Part shown: positions 49,685 through 62,859 of the stretch, piece by piece | Layout: each line of letters begins with the position of its first letter | Numbering within the stretch: position 1 is the stretch's first letter | Origin: Callorhinchus milii | Lineage: Eukaryota | Reading direction: 5' to 3' | Assembly (NCBI RefSeq): GCF_018977255.1 | Contig: NW_024704742.1 | Coordinates: forward strand, 38,194,001-38,258,000 | Length of the DNA stretch: 64,000 nucleotides | Made by a program: the position numbers and the translations under genes | The notes under the pieces: generated by a model | The model's input: the letters and a program-made list of their open reading frames with translations, nothing else | Told to the model about the DNA's origin: nothing | The model's database searches: none

Positions 49685-49940
49685 ATGTGGCTGCTGTCTG
49701 TCTCGGGCCGCCTCGCGCCGCTCAGGAGCCGTTTAACGGCTCGGCTGGTGGTGGCGGCGGCGGGGGGGGCGGGGGGCGCGCGGCACTGGCCGGCGGGGGC
49801 GGGGGCGGGGGGCGCGCGGCACTGGCCGGCGCCGGGAGGGCCCGGCAGGAGCGGCAGCCTCTCCGCGGCCGCCGTGGTGGCCAAGGCCCCCGCCTCCCTC
49901 CGGCCTTACCTCCGCCTCATGCGACTCGACAAATCCATCG
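49685..49940 (+). CDS. COQ2: COQ2 (4-hydroxybenzoate polyprenyltransferase) exon 1: mitochondrial targeting peptide + LSAAAVV...PYLRLMRLDKSIG
   Basis: AGGATGT start; Arg/Leu/Ser/Ala-rich N-terminus with no acidic residues; conserved PYLRLMRLDK.IG; GT donor at 49941. Confidence 0.9.
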
Positions 49941-49993
49941 GTAAAACAGCAGCGCGACGCCGTCCGCGGGGCCTATCAGCTCATAGGCTGAGC

Positions 49994-52880
49994 GACACTG
50001 ACACTGACCCGTCACTGACACTGACCCGTCACTGACACTGACCCGTCACTGACACTGACCCGTCACTGACACTGACTGACCGTCACTGACACTGACCGTC
50101 ACTGACACTGCCACTGACTGACCGTCACTGCCACTGACTGACCGTCACTGCCACTGACTGACCGTCACTGCCACTGACTGACCGTCACTGCCACTGACTG
50201 ACCGTCACTGCCACTGACTGACCGTCACTGCCACTGACTGACCGTCACTGCCACTGACTGACCGTCACTGCCACTGACCGTCACTGACACTGACTGACCG
50301 TCACTGCCACTGACTGACCGACACTGACACTGACTGACCGTCACTGACACTGACTGACCGTCACTGACACTGACTGACCGTCACTGACACTGACTGACCG
50401 TCACTGACACTGACTGACCGTCACTGACACTGACTGACCGTCACTGACACTGACTGACCGTCACTGACACTGACTGACCGTCACTGACACTGACTGACCG
50501 TCACTGACACTGACTGACCATCACTGACTGACTGACCATCACTGACACTGACTGACCGTCACTAACACTGACTGACAATCACTGACACTGACTGACCGTC
50601 ACTGACACTGACTGACCATCACTGACTGACTGACCATCACTGACACTGACTGACCGTCACTAACACTGACTGACAATCACTGACACTGACTGACCGTCAC
50701 TGACACTGACTGACATTCACTAACACTGACTGACCATCACTGACACTGACTGACTGTCACTGACACTGACTGACCGTCACTGACACTGACTGACCATCAC
50801 TAACACTGACTGACCGTCACTAACACTGACTGACTGTCACTGACACTGACTGACATTCACTAACACTGACTGACCATCACTGACACTGACTGACTGTCAC
50901 TGACACTGACTGACCGTCACTGACACTGACTGACCATCACTGACACTGACTGACCATCACTAACACTGACTGACCATCACTGACACTGACTGACCATCAC
51001 TAACACTGACTGACCATCACTGACACTGACTGACCATCACTGACACTGACTGACCATCACTGACACTGACTGACCATCACTGACACTGACTGACCATCAC
51101 TAACACTGACTGACCGTCACTGACACTGACTGACCATCTCTAACACTGACTGACCGTCACTGACACTGACTGACCATCACTAACACTGACTGACCGTCAC
51201 TGACACTGACTGACCGTCACTGACACTGACTGACCATCACTGACACTGACTGACCGTCACTGACACTGACTGACCATCACTAACACTGACTGACCGTCAC
51301 TGACACTGACTGACCGTCACTGACACTGACTGACCATCACTGACACTGACTGACCGTCCCTGACACTGACTGACCATCACTGACACTGACTGACCGTCAC
51401 TGACACTGATTGACCATCACTAACACTGACTGACCGTCACTGACACTGACTGACCGTCACTGACTGACCGTCACTGACACTGACTGACCATCACTGACAC
51501 TGACTGACCGTCCCTGACACTGACTGACCATCACTGACACTGACTGACCGTCACTGACACTGACTGACCATCACTAACACTGACTGACCGTCACTGACAC
51601 TGACTGACCATCACTGACTGACCGTCACTGACACTGACTGACCGTCACTGACACTGACTGACCGTCACTGACACTGACTGACCGTCACTGACACTGACTG
51701 ACCGTCACTGACACTGACTGACCATCACTAACACTGACTGACCGTCACTGACACTGACTGACCATCACTGACTGACCGTCACTGACACTGACTGACCGTC
51801 ACTGACACTGACTGACCATCACTAACACTGACTGACCGTCACTGACACTGACTGACCATCACTGACTGACCGTCACTGACACTGACTGACCGTCACTGAC
51901 ACTGACTGACCGTCACTGACACTGACTGACCGTCACTGACACTGACTGACCGTCACTGACACTGACTGACCGTCACTGACACTGACTGACCGTCACTGAC
52001 ACTGACTGACCGTCACTGACACTGACTGACTGTCACTGACACTGACTGACAATCACTGACACTGACTGACCATCACTGACACTGACTGACCGTCACTGAC
52101 ACTGACTGACCATCACTGACACTGACTGACCATCACTGACACTGACTGACCATCACTAACACTGACTGACCGTCACTGACACTGACTGACCATCACTAAC
52201 ACTGACTGACCGTCACTGACACTGACTGACCGTCACTGACTGACCATCACTGACACTGACTGACCGTCACTGACACTGACTGACCGTCACTGACTGACCA
52301 TCACTGACTGACCGTCACTAACACTGACTGACCATCACTGACACTGACTGACCGTCACTGACTGACCATCACTGACACTGACTGACCGTCACTGACACTG
52401 ACTGACCGTCACTGACACTGACTGACAATCACTGACACTGACTGACCATCACTGACACTGACTGACCGTCACTGACACTGACTGACCATCACTGACACTG
52501 ACTGACCATCACTGACACTGACTGACCGTCACTGACACTGACTGACCATCACTAACACTGACTGACCGTCACTGACACTGACTGACCGTCACTGACTGAC
52601 CATCACTAACACTGACTGACCATCACTAACACTGACTGACCGTCACTGACACTGACTGACTAGCAGTGCCACTGACTGACCGTCACTGACACTGACTGAC
52701 CATCACTGACACTGACTGACCATCACTGACTGACCATCACTGACTGACCGTCACTGACTGACTAGCAGTGCCACTGACTACCACTGATTGTCATTGAGAC
52801 TGACTGGTACTGACTGACTGTCACTGACTCCCGACTTTCTCTCACTGACACTAAATGACTGTCACTGACACTGACTGACT
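49994..52880. repeat. Minisatellite of 20-bp units CACT(G/A)ACACTGACTGACC(G/A)T, ~2.9 kb, in COQ2 intron 1
   Basis: Directly visible; starts ~50 bp after the exon 1 donor, with 17-, 16- and 14-bp unit variants. Confidence 0.98.
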
Positions 52881-53586
52881 TATCAGCATTGTGTTTTATC
52901 CCAACTCTGGATCAAAACAATTTGTGCATAGCTGACACACATAAATTCTATTCTGTATGTTTCTGTGCTATATTAGGACACAGCATACACAAATGTACAA
53001 TTTATAGAGCAGATTTTACATTAAATTTGTTGGACATTTCGGCACTCCAAAATTATACCCCGCGTGAAGGGTGCTACATACATGCAAGTTGTTAAGCGTA
53101 CCTCTCCTTCATCAGTGGTCCTAAACACAGCTGTGATCAAGAGTTGCTATTCAACACAATGTTGCTAGGAAGGTTTATCCTGGCATCCATACAACAGTGA
53201 ACATTTTCAGTTAAAACTTATACGACACGTATCTTTAATAAAGCTGTTGGTTTCTCCTTTTCCGTAAGAAAGTACTGTACTTGGCCTCTACTTTGCAGCT
53301 ACCAACAATAGAATAAATAAACCCCATCAATTTACATTGCAGGGTGTTTGAGTATTATAACCATAATGGTTAGGATTCTAACTTGCAACAAATTGTACAA
53401 ACATTATTGTAAATTGTATCATTATTTGACAGTTGTTGCGCTGTAAGGTAGAATGTTCAATGGGGTGAATGTCCCTGTTTTCTATAATGCAAACATCAAA
53501 GGAATTCTTGTTACCTATTTTGTATTCTATAACTACAACAATTGTGATGTGCAGCACTTTATTAATTCAGGTAACTGCTGTTCTAG

Positions 53587-53753
53587 GTACATGGCTATTG
53601 TATTTACCTTGCACCTGGAGTATAGGCCTAGCGGCAGAACCAGGCTGCCTGCCAGACCTGGCTATGCTCGCACTCTTTGGTACTGGAGCAGTGTTGATGC
53701 GAGGAGCTGGGTGTACAATCAACGACATGTGGGACAAAGACATTGACAGAAAG
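53587..53753 (+). CDS. COQ2: COQ2 exon 2 ([16 protein letters not shown]...[19 protein letters not shown])
   Basis: AG/GT boundaries, 167 nt; first UbiA aspartate-rich motif NDxxDxxxD. Confidence 0.97.
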
Positions 53754-54741
53754 GTAATATTCATTTCTAGTGTCTTTCAATAAGGGTGTGTTTTGGGGGT
53801 TAGCTTGGCGTAGTGCCTTGGACCTGTCTGGTCAGGAGCGAGAATATTGAGGTCCTCGGGATTGACTCATTTTGCATATTCCATTACCTTGGAGCTAAGC
53901 CAGCTCAAATAGATCTTGCTTATCTCCCCTTCAAGGAAGATAGTTTACTCTTTGGTCATTAAATATCTAACGAGTGCAGATCTGAGCCATTATAATAATA
54001 ATAATAATTATTAAAGTGGATAGCACATACTAAGAAATATGTAAACTTGGTAAGCAACACAATGAGAAAGACATGCATTGGAGCTAAGTACTCCAGTGCA
54101 GTACTGCAGGAGCGCTGCTTTGTTGGAGGTGCCATCCTTCAGATGAAACTTTAAACTGAGGTCCCGTCTGCCCGTTCGGGTGGACATTAAAGATTCTCAG
54201 TAACATTGCCCTCCTCTGCCACTACTTTTCCACAGGCTGCCGAGATCCTTATTCATGCTTTCATCACTTGCAGGCTTGACTATTCCAACACATAACTTGA
54301 TTTAATTAGAAAAATTAAACTGCTGTCCTAACTAAACTAGTGCCTTGGAAACATGATTTTGATGTTGATTCAGATTTCCATTTTGTGTGGAACATGTATA
54401 TCAAAGCAACAGGATGGCAGTGTGGTATTAGTACATAACTACATAACAGCAATACTAATCAACTCCATCACCAAGCTTCTGTGTTTGATGTGAAGTGCCT
54501 GGTATAAGATAATGAACTCACCTTGGAATTCTTCAAGTAAAAATGCTGTGAAGTGTTTTGAGATGTTTTGAAGATGCGATAAGCTGCTTAGATTATTATT
54601 ATTATAGATTATGCAAACAGTATTATTGTAATAACTCAGTAGGCTATGTATTTTGGAAGTACAAGTTAAATGGGCTGAAGAGCTTTCTTCATCGGACCCA
54701 GTTTTTTTTCACAAAACTGCAATTTGCTTGCTCTGAAACAG

Positions 54742-54863
54742 GTGGCTAGAACTGGAAATCGTCCCATAGCTGCTGAAGAAATCAGTCGTTTTCAAGCCTT
54801 GGTGTTTCTGGGAGGCCAGTTGAGTTTGGCGCTTGGTGTTCTTTTGTGTTTGAACTATTATAG
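54742..54863 (+). CDS. COQ2: COQ2 exon 3 ([15 protein letters not shown]...LLCLNYYS)
   Basis: AG/GT boundaries, 122 nt; RT..RP motif. Confidence 0.96.
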
Positions 54864-56089
54864 GTAAAGGAAATGCTTATTCCTAAGCAGGAAATAGAAT
54901 ATTGGCAATTATTTTGATAAATATAAATGGTACTAGAAACGTTACAAATTACATTTGTAATTTTAAAAAAATATAATAAACATATTGTGCTTTTGATGCT
55001 TTCTTTACATTGTTTGGGGATCAGCAGGTGTCTGACACGTGTGGAAACTCATTGCAGAAACCCATTACCATGTTTAAAAGTACTCAACAACAACAACAAC
55101 AAGATTCCATTTATAAAGCGCCTTTCACGTCAGGAGGACGTCCCAAGGCGCTGCTACTCTTAGTTTCCTGAAAAAAATTAAAAACAGCAAATATAGTAGT
55201 ACAATGATTTGTATTTGAGCTGGTCTGAATTTCTCTCTTTCTGTGACTCATTAAGATTGTAATCTGATACACTTTTTTAAATAGTCAGTTTTGAAAGTAT
55301 CTGAAATTGGCTACAGATGAGCCTGAGTTGGAATAATATAGATCTTTGTGAGTTTGAGGTTAAGATGCATTGTTGGACAAAGTTAAGAGAACTATGCTCT
55401 TGGTCTAACTCCTACTGCACCTGACTTGTCTTAAAGTTGACTTAACAAACCAACATTTACTTTGGTGTTGTTTAAGAACAAATATAAAATTATTTACTGT
55501 AAATATTGCATGGCGTTACTTATAATTTCTAATTGTTAAATGTTAAATTCACAGAGATCAGATCCATGTTAATACTGTATTAGCATAATGCTTATCTGGA
55601 AAATATGGTTTGTGTGTAGTTGACTGAACCTTTTTTTCCATAATAACCTAAAGATAAGTAGATTAGTTTGATCAATGAAGGGTATTAAATAGACTTAGCA
55701 GATGTCCAATCTCTTGTCTTATTACAGGTCTTCTATGCTTAAGAGTACTTCAGATGTTGTATTAAATAAATTGAATGTTTCAATCATGAGCCCTTTTAGT
55801 AGCTTTACAGTGTTTGTATTTGAGATCAGCCGACTCAGCACAGATTAGGGGCCATAGCTAATTCTTTCCACCTTCACTTTCACACTTGCCAGTGAGGTTA
55901 CTGACTGAGCCAGCAGGAGCAGAATAAAACAGACCATGTTGTGTCACCAGCAATTTAAAGATCATTTGTGCATTTAATGATTTTCACCTTAACATTGCAT
56001 TTGCACTGGCAGTTGTTTCCTGGAGAACTTATTAACACACTTAACATCACCTAAACACCCAATTATTTTTGTTGTTTTATTCAACAGTG

Positions 56090-56640
56090 TTTGCTATCTT
56101 ACCTCCATAAGCTGAAGGTCATCCAGAACTCTGCAGCTCGTGTCCTTTCCCGCAATAGGCTCTGTGACCCCATCACCCCCACCCTCACCCGGCTCCACTG
56201 GCTCCCCCCCCAGATGATAGAGTTCAAAATCCTCATCCTCACCTTCAAGGTCTTCCACAGCCTTGCCCCTCCCTATCTCTGTGACCTGCTGACTCCATAT
56301 CAACCTGTCCGCTCCCTCTGCTCAGCAGGCTCTGGTCTGCTCCACGTCCCCCGCTTAGCCCTCTCCACCGTAGGTGACAGGGCCTTCAGCCTTTCTGCCC
56401 CCACCCTATGGAACTCCATCCCACATTCCCTTCACCTCGCTGCCTCCCTTGCTTCCTTCAAGACCCATTTCAAAACCCTCCTTTTTGACCATGCCCTCGG
56501 CCATGGCCACCCTCCTAACCTGCCTGCCCTCCATCCTCCCCGATCCTGACCCCCAGTTCGAGTCCAAATCCCTGACTGTCCAGTGCCTTGGGACGTCCTC
56601 CCCAATTGAAAGGCGCTTTACAAATGTCATTTTGTATTGT
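56090..56640 (+). mobile_element. L2-clade LINE 3' fragment
   Basis: KLKVIQNSAARVL...LHWLP...FKILILTFK..H.LAPPYL...GDRAFS..APTLWNSIP...FKTHFKTLLF. Confidence 0.9.
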
Positions 56641-56931
56641 ATATTTAGCACTGATGTACATTATCCTGCATTTCTCAGAGACAAAATGTCAAACATCAAT
56701 CATGTGAATAATGTCATTCTCCTTGGTGCAATTGCTTCACTATTGCTAAATGCAGCAGAAGCCAGTAAGACATTATTCAGGGTACAATATAGAAATATTT
56801 TCTGAAAATGTGTCAACTCTAGTGGTCTAATTCAGCAATATAAAACTGCCACAGTAGTTTGTATACTTTGTAGTTTCCGCTTCTATATATTACTTTACTA
56901 CAAAAGATGTTGATTTCCTTTCTATCAACAG

Positions 56932-57017
56932 CATTGTTCTTGGAGCTGCATCTCTGGCTTTGGTGGTCACCTACCCTTTGATGAAGAGAATAACGTACTG
57001 GCCACAGTTAGTTCTAG
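56932..57017 (+). CDS. COQ2: COQ2 exon 4 ([29 protein letters not shown])
   Basis: AG/GT boundaries, 86 nt; YPLMKR motif. Confidence 0.96.
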
Positions 57018-57998
57018 GTATGTATGTGTAAGAGGTTCATCCAACAGAATGGGTATTTGGTCTGTAACAAATGGTTTTCGAACCTCAAACTCAGACTGCA
57101 ATAACACATCTACAAACAGGTTAATTACAAACATACACTATTGAAGTTTTATCTTTTTTATTTTCTGCTATCCATCTGTCTGTTAGCTGTTTAAGGAACT
57201 GCAAAGCAATTTTAAAAAACTTCAGTAGAACTATATTTCTTTGGAGCTCCTCTACTCCCATTAAGGACAAAGAAAGATCCAAATCCACATTCCTACAACA
57301 AAAGCTTCTTGCTAATAGACTTGTATTGCAGTGTCTTCAAGCTAAACATAGGAACAGATCGAATGACTTTAGTACAGATACAATTTCACTTTAGTAATTG
57401 TTTAAAGTTTACAAATACAAAGAGTGGACAGTTGTAACTGATTAGTGGATTATTTTTTCCCAAGAGCAGAATGTGCTGGTGGTAGGAAGGGGTGAAGGAG
57501 ACAAGGGAAATGAAAAAGTAGCCAGAGATTACTTTGTCAGAGATGGAGATGTCTGATTTTAAGAGATCTTGGGTAATTTCATGTCAAGGGAGTGACCATG
57601 GATATGAGTGGGGTGTTTATATGAAGGTGAGGATGAGAGAGGAGGGTAAAGAAGCCAGTGGAAATGTAGCAGATAGGGGCGAAAGAGAGATTGAAATCAC
57701 CCAAAATGAAACACTACATGAAATTCAAGTACAGTATTACTTAAATGCTCATCAAAGAATGACTTGAGGAATCTGTTCTTTATTTCATTAAGCTGTGCCT
57801 TGTTTTCTGTTATCTGAAAGCCCTTCATTTATTCAACAGTCTGTATCTATGGTTAGTATTTTCACAAATATGCATTGATAACGCTTAATTCATCAGTCAA
57901 AATAATGTCAAATGTGTAAAAGATTTGTCTTATTTGAAAACTGATGAATATTTTTTCTATGTATAGCATATTAAATTTGAAATATCAATTGCCTTTAG

Positions 57999-58132
57999 GT
58001 TTTACATTCAATTGGGGGGCACTTTTGGGATGGTCCGCAGTGAAGGGTTCCTGTGATTTGTCAATCTGCCTGCCACTGTATATCTCCGGGATCATGTGGA
58101 CAATGATATATGACACCATTTATGCACATCAG
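57999..58132 (+). CDS. COQ2: COQ2 exon 5 ([18 protein letters not shown]...[12 protein letters not shown])
   Basis: AG/GT boundaries, 134 nt; YDTIYAHQ(D) second aspartate-rich motif. Confidence 0.97.
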
Positions 58133-59787
58133 GTAGAGTGCAAGTAAATCGTTTGAAAGAATGTGATTGAAGCAGCATCACAAGAGTTGCTAGTGCTTAA
58201 CCAAGATTTTCCTTTGTCAGGAATCCAAACGGTGCTACAGTTCAATATTTGACTTCAGTCCAAAATGTCTACATAAGATGCCATCAGCAGACTTTCACAT
58301 ATTGCACTCTTGTCTGTTGAACACTGCCAGATTGTGTCACCAGGCATTTTATTTCTGGAAGTTCATACACAGAGTTAACCATTACTTGCTGAATATGTGT
58401 TTTGGTGAGGGATTTAGGCTATGCAGAAACCCATCATCATGCTTAAGAGTATCCATACCAAACAGTTCAGTGCATGCTAGGCGGGCGATCCTTCATGGTA
58501 CTGTCCTTGACTGGTTCAGATCGTACCTCTCACATCGTCTCCACTTCATCTCCACAAACGGTTTCTCCTCCAGCCCCTGCACCGACTCGTGTGGCATTCT
58601 TCAGGGCTCTGTCCTTGGTCCCCTCCACTTCAATATCTATATGCTCCCTCTTGGTGACATAATTTCAGAGGGGTGATATGGTTGCAAACTTTACAGGGAG
58701 ACATTGCATAGATTGCTGGATGTCAATATTTAGCCCCTAATCTCAATTGTATTGTGCATTGTTGTGGACTGGAAACAAAGTATGTTTCTAATGATGAGGT
58801 GGTTTTCTTTCTATTCTATTGTGACTCTCCATCGTTTCAAGACATATCTTTTGATCAAACTCAATGGTGTCGTCTATGAAAGCTATTGCAGAGAACTGAG
58901 CAAGAAAGCTTGCATGTTATTTGGGTTATGTAAACATCTGAATTCAATGTTACTTTCGTGAAAGGACACATCCGATTATATTTGAATCTCAGCTGTACAA
59001 ATACTGTATTTGTAAAACCATAGTAAAGGTAACCAAATCAGTTACAATGTGGAATTTGAATTGATTATATTGAAACAGGACTATATAAATAAAATGTATG
59101 TGCAGTAACCTCTTAATAACTAGTCACTCCAAATGGAAAGGATTTAGCATCTAGTTATCCAGAGTGGCTAATTGGACATAGGCCCTCCCGGGCCACAGAG
59201 GGGCGCTGTAACTGGTGCGGGGTCTGGCAAAGCTTGGTCACGAATGCTCAGATGCATTCTGGTCTTTTGGAGGGATGCTCCATGGCCTCCTGTCCTATCC
59301 TATCGCAGAGGCCTCTGGATTATTGGAGGACCATGTTGCAGTCTCCAGCTCTACCCTGTCACAGGCGGATTGCTTTTCCGGGGGTAATAATCCCTTCAAA
59401 ACAAAAAATAATAATAATAATAATTTGGTCACTCAATCTGTGGTAGTGACAAGTTAAGCCAGAGTCTTGTTATCAGGAGTTTACTGTAAATGAAACAGGC
59501 AAGTAAATAAGTTATATTCAATGGGTGTTGTGTATGACTTAAAATTTAAAAGATTTACAAAGAATACCAACAGGGAAACTTGCACTCAGCCCAACCAGTC
59601 CGTGCCATTGTTTATACTCCACACAATTCTTCGCCCATTCCTTTACTCCCTCCCATATCCTTCTATTCTCCTCTCATTCATGTGAAGGTCTAGCTTCAGG
59701 CAGCGAGTTCCACAGTCTCTAATAATAATTATTATTATATTTATATATAATATTAATAATTATATATTATATCTTTTTATATATATA

Positions 59788-59987
59788 AGGCCTAATAATT
59801 CCTCCAAACAATAATAAATTGGTCATTTTCAATGCACAACTGTTTGTGGGACACTGCTGTGCGCAATTGGCTGCCGCGTTTCGCCCATAAATATACAGTC
59901 AATTCATTTTACAGCATATTCTGTGAAGCGCTTTGAGACGTCGAGAAGACGTGGAAAGTACTATATCAAATGCAAGGATTATTATTA
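59788..59987 (+). mobile_element. SINE 3' half inserted in a CR1 remnant
   Basis: SINE core and (TTA)n tail. Confidence 0.8.
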
Positions 59988-60129
59988 TCTCAGTACCCTC
60001 TGTGAAGTAGTTCTCCTAAGTTCTCTTTTTGATCCCCTAGTCACGATCTTGTATTTGTGTCCCTTGATTACGGATTCCAACCAATGGAAACAGCCTATTT
60101 ATGTTAACAGTACTTAACCTTATATCATT

Positions 60130-60575
60130 TTAAATCTTTTGTTAGATTCCCCCCGTTAAACATCTCCTACTTAACGAAAAAAGGCCCAACCTACCCAGTA
60201 TATCCTGATAGTAATAACCTGCCAGTCCTGTTATTCTTGTAAATCCACACTGTACTTTTTCCATCTTGCTATATCCTTCTTATCATGTGGAGGCAAGAAT
60301 TGAACACAGTGCTCCAAATGTGGTCTAATCAGTTTTATATAAATTTAATATCATCTCCTCACTTTTATATTCTATCCCTCTGGATATAAAACCCAAGACT
60401 CCATTGGCCTTTTTTTAATAGCCCTATCTACCTGTGTAGCTGGTTTTTTGAGTTTTGAGGATCTGAATCCCCAGATCTCTGCTCCTCCTCTTCTCTTAAG
60501 TTCCTAACATATAGGCGGTTTCTTTATTTTTCTTGCCAAAGTGAATATATTCCTCCATTAAACTTCATTTGCCAG
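60130..60575 (-). mobile_element. Degraded CR1-type LINE fragment
   Basis: Similar to 30560-30990 ('aattgaacacagtgctccaaatgtggtctaatcagttttatata'). Confidence 0.65.
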
Positions 60576-60673
60576 TGAAGCTTCATTTGTGGGATGAGAT
60601 AACATGTGCTGTTAATATTCTACATTTCAGGCATGACAGGAGCATCTTTTATATATTGCATTTCTTTATCTAG

Positions 60674-60862
60674 GATAAAGCAGATGATGTTCTAGTAGGA
60701 GTAAAATCGACTGCATTAAGATTTCAAGAAAATACCAAGCAATGGCTAACTGGATTTAGCACCGTCATGCTAACAGGATTGATGACAGTAGGAATAAGCA
60801 GTGAACAGACTTTACCTTACTATGCTGCTGTAATGGCTGTTGGAGCTCATCTAACCCATCAG
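60674..60862 (+). CDS. COQ2: COQ2 exon 6 ([17 protein letters not shown]...AVGAHLTHQ)
   Basis: AG/GT boundaries, 189 nt; DD..G.KSTAL motif. Confidence 0.97.
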
Positions 60863-62706
60863 GTATGAATGTTTATAGGTTTCAGAAATGGATGCTAAAA
60901 GACATTTTAATACAGAAGACCTTTTTTTTCATTTTCTCCAAAGTATTTTTTGTTGTTTATTGGTACTTAAGATATTTGTTCCAATACCTTTCTTTCACAA
61001 GTTCCAACAGAAGGTTTTGGGATAATTAGCACTTCCCTATAGTCTTGATCAAATTTGATGAGTGTTCCTTTTGTGTTGAAGATTGAAAACACAACTTTCT
61101 GATTTAGAGGCAAGAGTGCTATCAAGTGAGCCAGACGCCGTTAATTCTGTTCCGATGAAGTGAATGACCAATTTTATGTGGAGGAATAACAGAAGAAATT
61201 CCCTTTTTTTTGAATAATGCCAAAGGGTCTTTAAAGGTCCACCTGTAAAGGCAGATGGCACCTCAGTTTAACATTTCTTCTGAAGTACAACATTTCTGAC
61301 AATGTAGCAGTCCCCCAGAACAGTATTGTAATTAATCAACCATAGATAAAAATCCTAACATGTGGCTTGAACACACAACCTTCTAACTCAGAGGTTAGAG
61401 TGCTGCCACTTATCAATAAAGCTACTGTTTTGTTAGTATTTGGCTTGCTTATTTGAGTTTTTTTCAATGTTACCCAATAAATCCAAATTTTCACTGAATT
61501 TACCTGATTTGGATCTTTTGTACGTCCCTCATCCCTTCACTGCGCAATTAGTGGCTGTGCTTTCAGCCACTGTACCCCTGAATCTCTGGAACTCCCTGCT
61601 TGAGCAATCTTCAAATCACACCTGAAGACTTTCCTCTTTGACCGTGCCTGCTGTCACCTCCCCTCTCTTTCCAGCTCAGCGTGAAATCGAAGTGTGGAGG
61701 GCGTTATATAAATATTAAGCAATAATATACTTCTGACATTCAAAGTAGGTGGAGTTAGGTTCAGTGAATTTGGGTTCACGTTAGGTAAGATTATAAATAC
61801 ATAAGAACATAGGAAATGCTAAACGAGAAAAGACCAAGATCCATGTAGTTCGCTTTCCACCTTCCTGGTGGTCGCATGCACATATGTCCCAAACTACCTA
61901 TGTACTATATCCCATAATGTTAATTCCTAAAAGAAAACTATTTAATCTGTGTTTGAAAGAATCAACACTTCGACTATATACTGTTATAATACGATTATAG
62001 ATCACAAGCACAATATAAATTTAACTTGTTGTTGATTGCACACAGTCCTTTAAAGAGTGGGTGTGAAGTGTAGAATACTTTTTGTAATCAACAGAAACCT
62101 CAAATAACTATTACTCAAAACAGTCAGACTGAGTTCTCAGTTATGCCTTTCACTCAAACTCTAGCGTTTGTTTAATGAGGTCTCAACCAGATGAGCAGCT
62201 GGGTAACATAGAATGTGAAGTGTCCAATAACACTAGTTGAATAATATCTGTAATTGGTAATCCATTGGGACACTTCATTTCTCATGGGATTCGTGTGATT
62301 TTGTTTGTATTCCACACTGTACTGCTTTCTGGCTGGGTGCCCTGTCACTCATCCTGAAGAAAAACAAAAGCTGAGTTCAAATTTCCAGCAGCTCTGAGTT
62401 CTTAAAATATCTGCCTTTAAAATTATTGAACAATTATTCAGACAATGAAATGTGTAAGCAATCAAAGAAGCCTTTCTACTACATTTAACAATAGGAATCA
62501 GAAATTGTGACTGTCTTCGTTGTGTCTTCAGTTTTCAATAAGTACTCTTAAGATTGAGATCAAACCACCCACTCAGTCACTTAATTTGAGATCACCTTAT
62601 TTTGGCTGTTGACTTTATTTGAAAGATGTGCGGTTAAATGGTGTATAAAACTTGTTCCACGTAATGTTGATTTATATCATATGCAAAAATTTTCCTCCCC
62701 AAACAG

Positions 62707-62859
62707 ATCTATTCTTTGGACATCAGTGAACCGAAAGATTGCTGGGAGACCTTCGGTTCAAATCGCACTTTAGGACTTATACTTTTCTCTGGAATAGTGC
62801 TCGGAAATCTGTGGAAAGGGAAGAATAAGACTGATCAAACTGAAGATGTTCAGCAATGA
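62707..62859 (+). CDS. COQ2: COQ2 exon 7 ([37 protein letters not shown]...QQ*)
   Basis: ACAG acceptor, TGA stop; the seven exons join in frame (1107 nt, 368 aa). Confidence 0.96.
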   Translation: MYSLDISEPKDCWETFGSNRTLGLILFSGIVLGNLWKGKNKTDQTEDVQQ

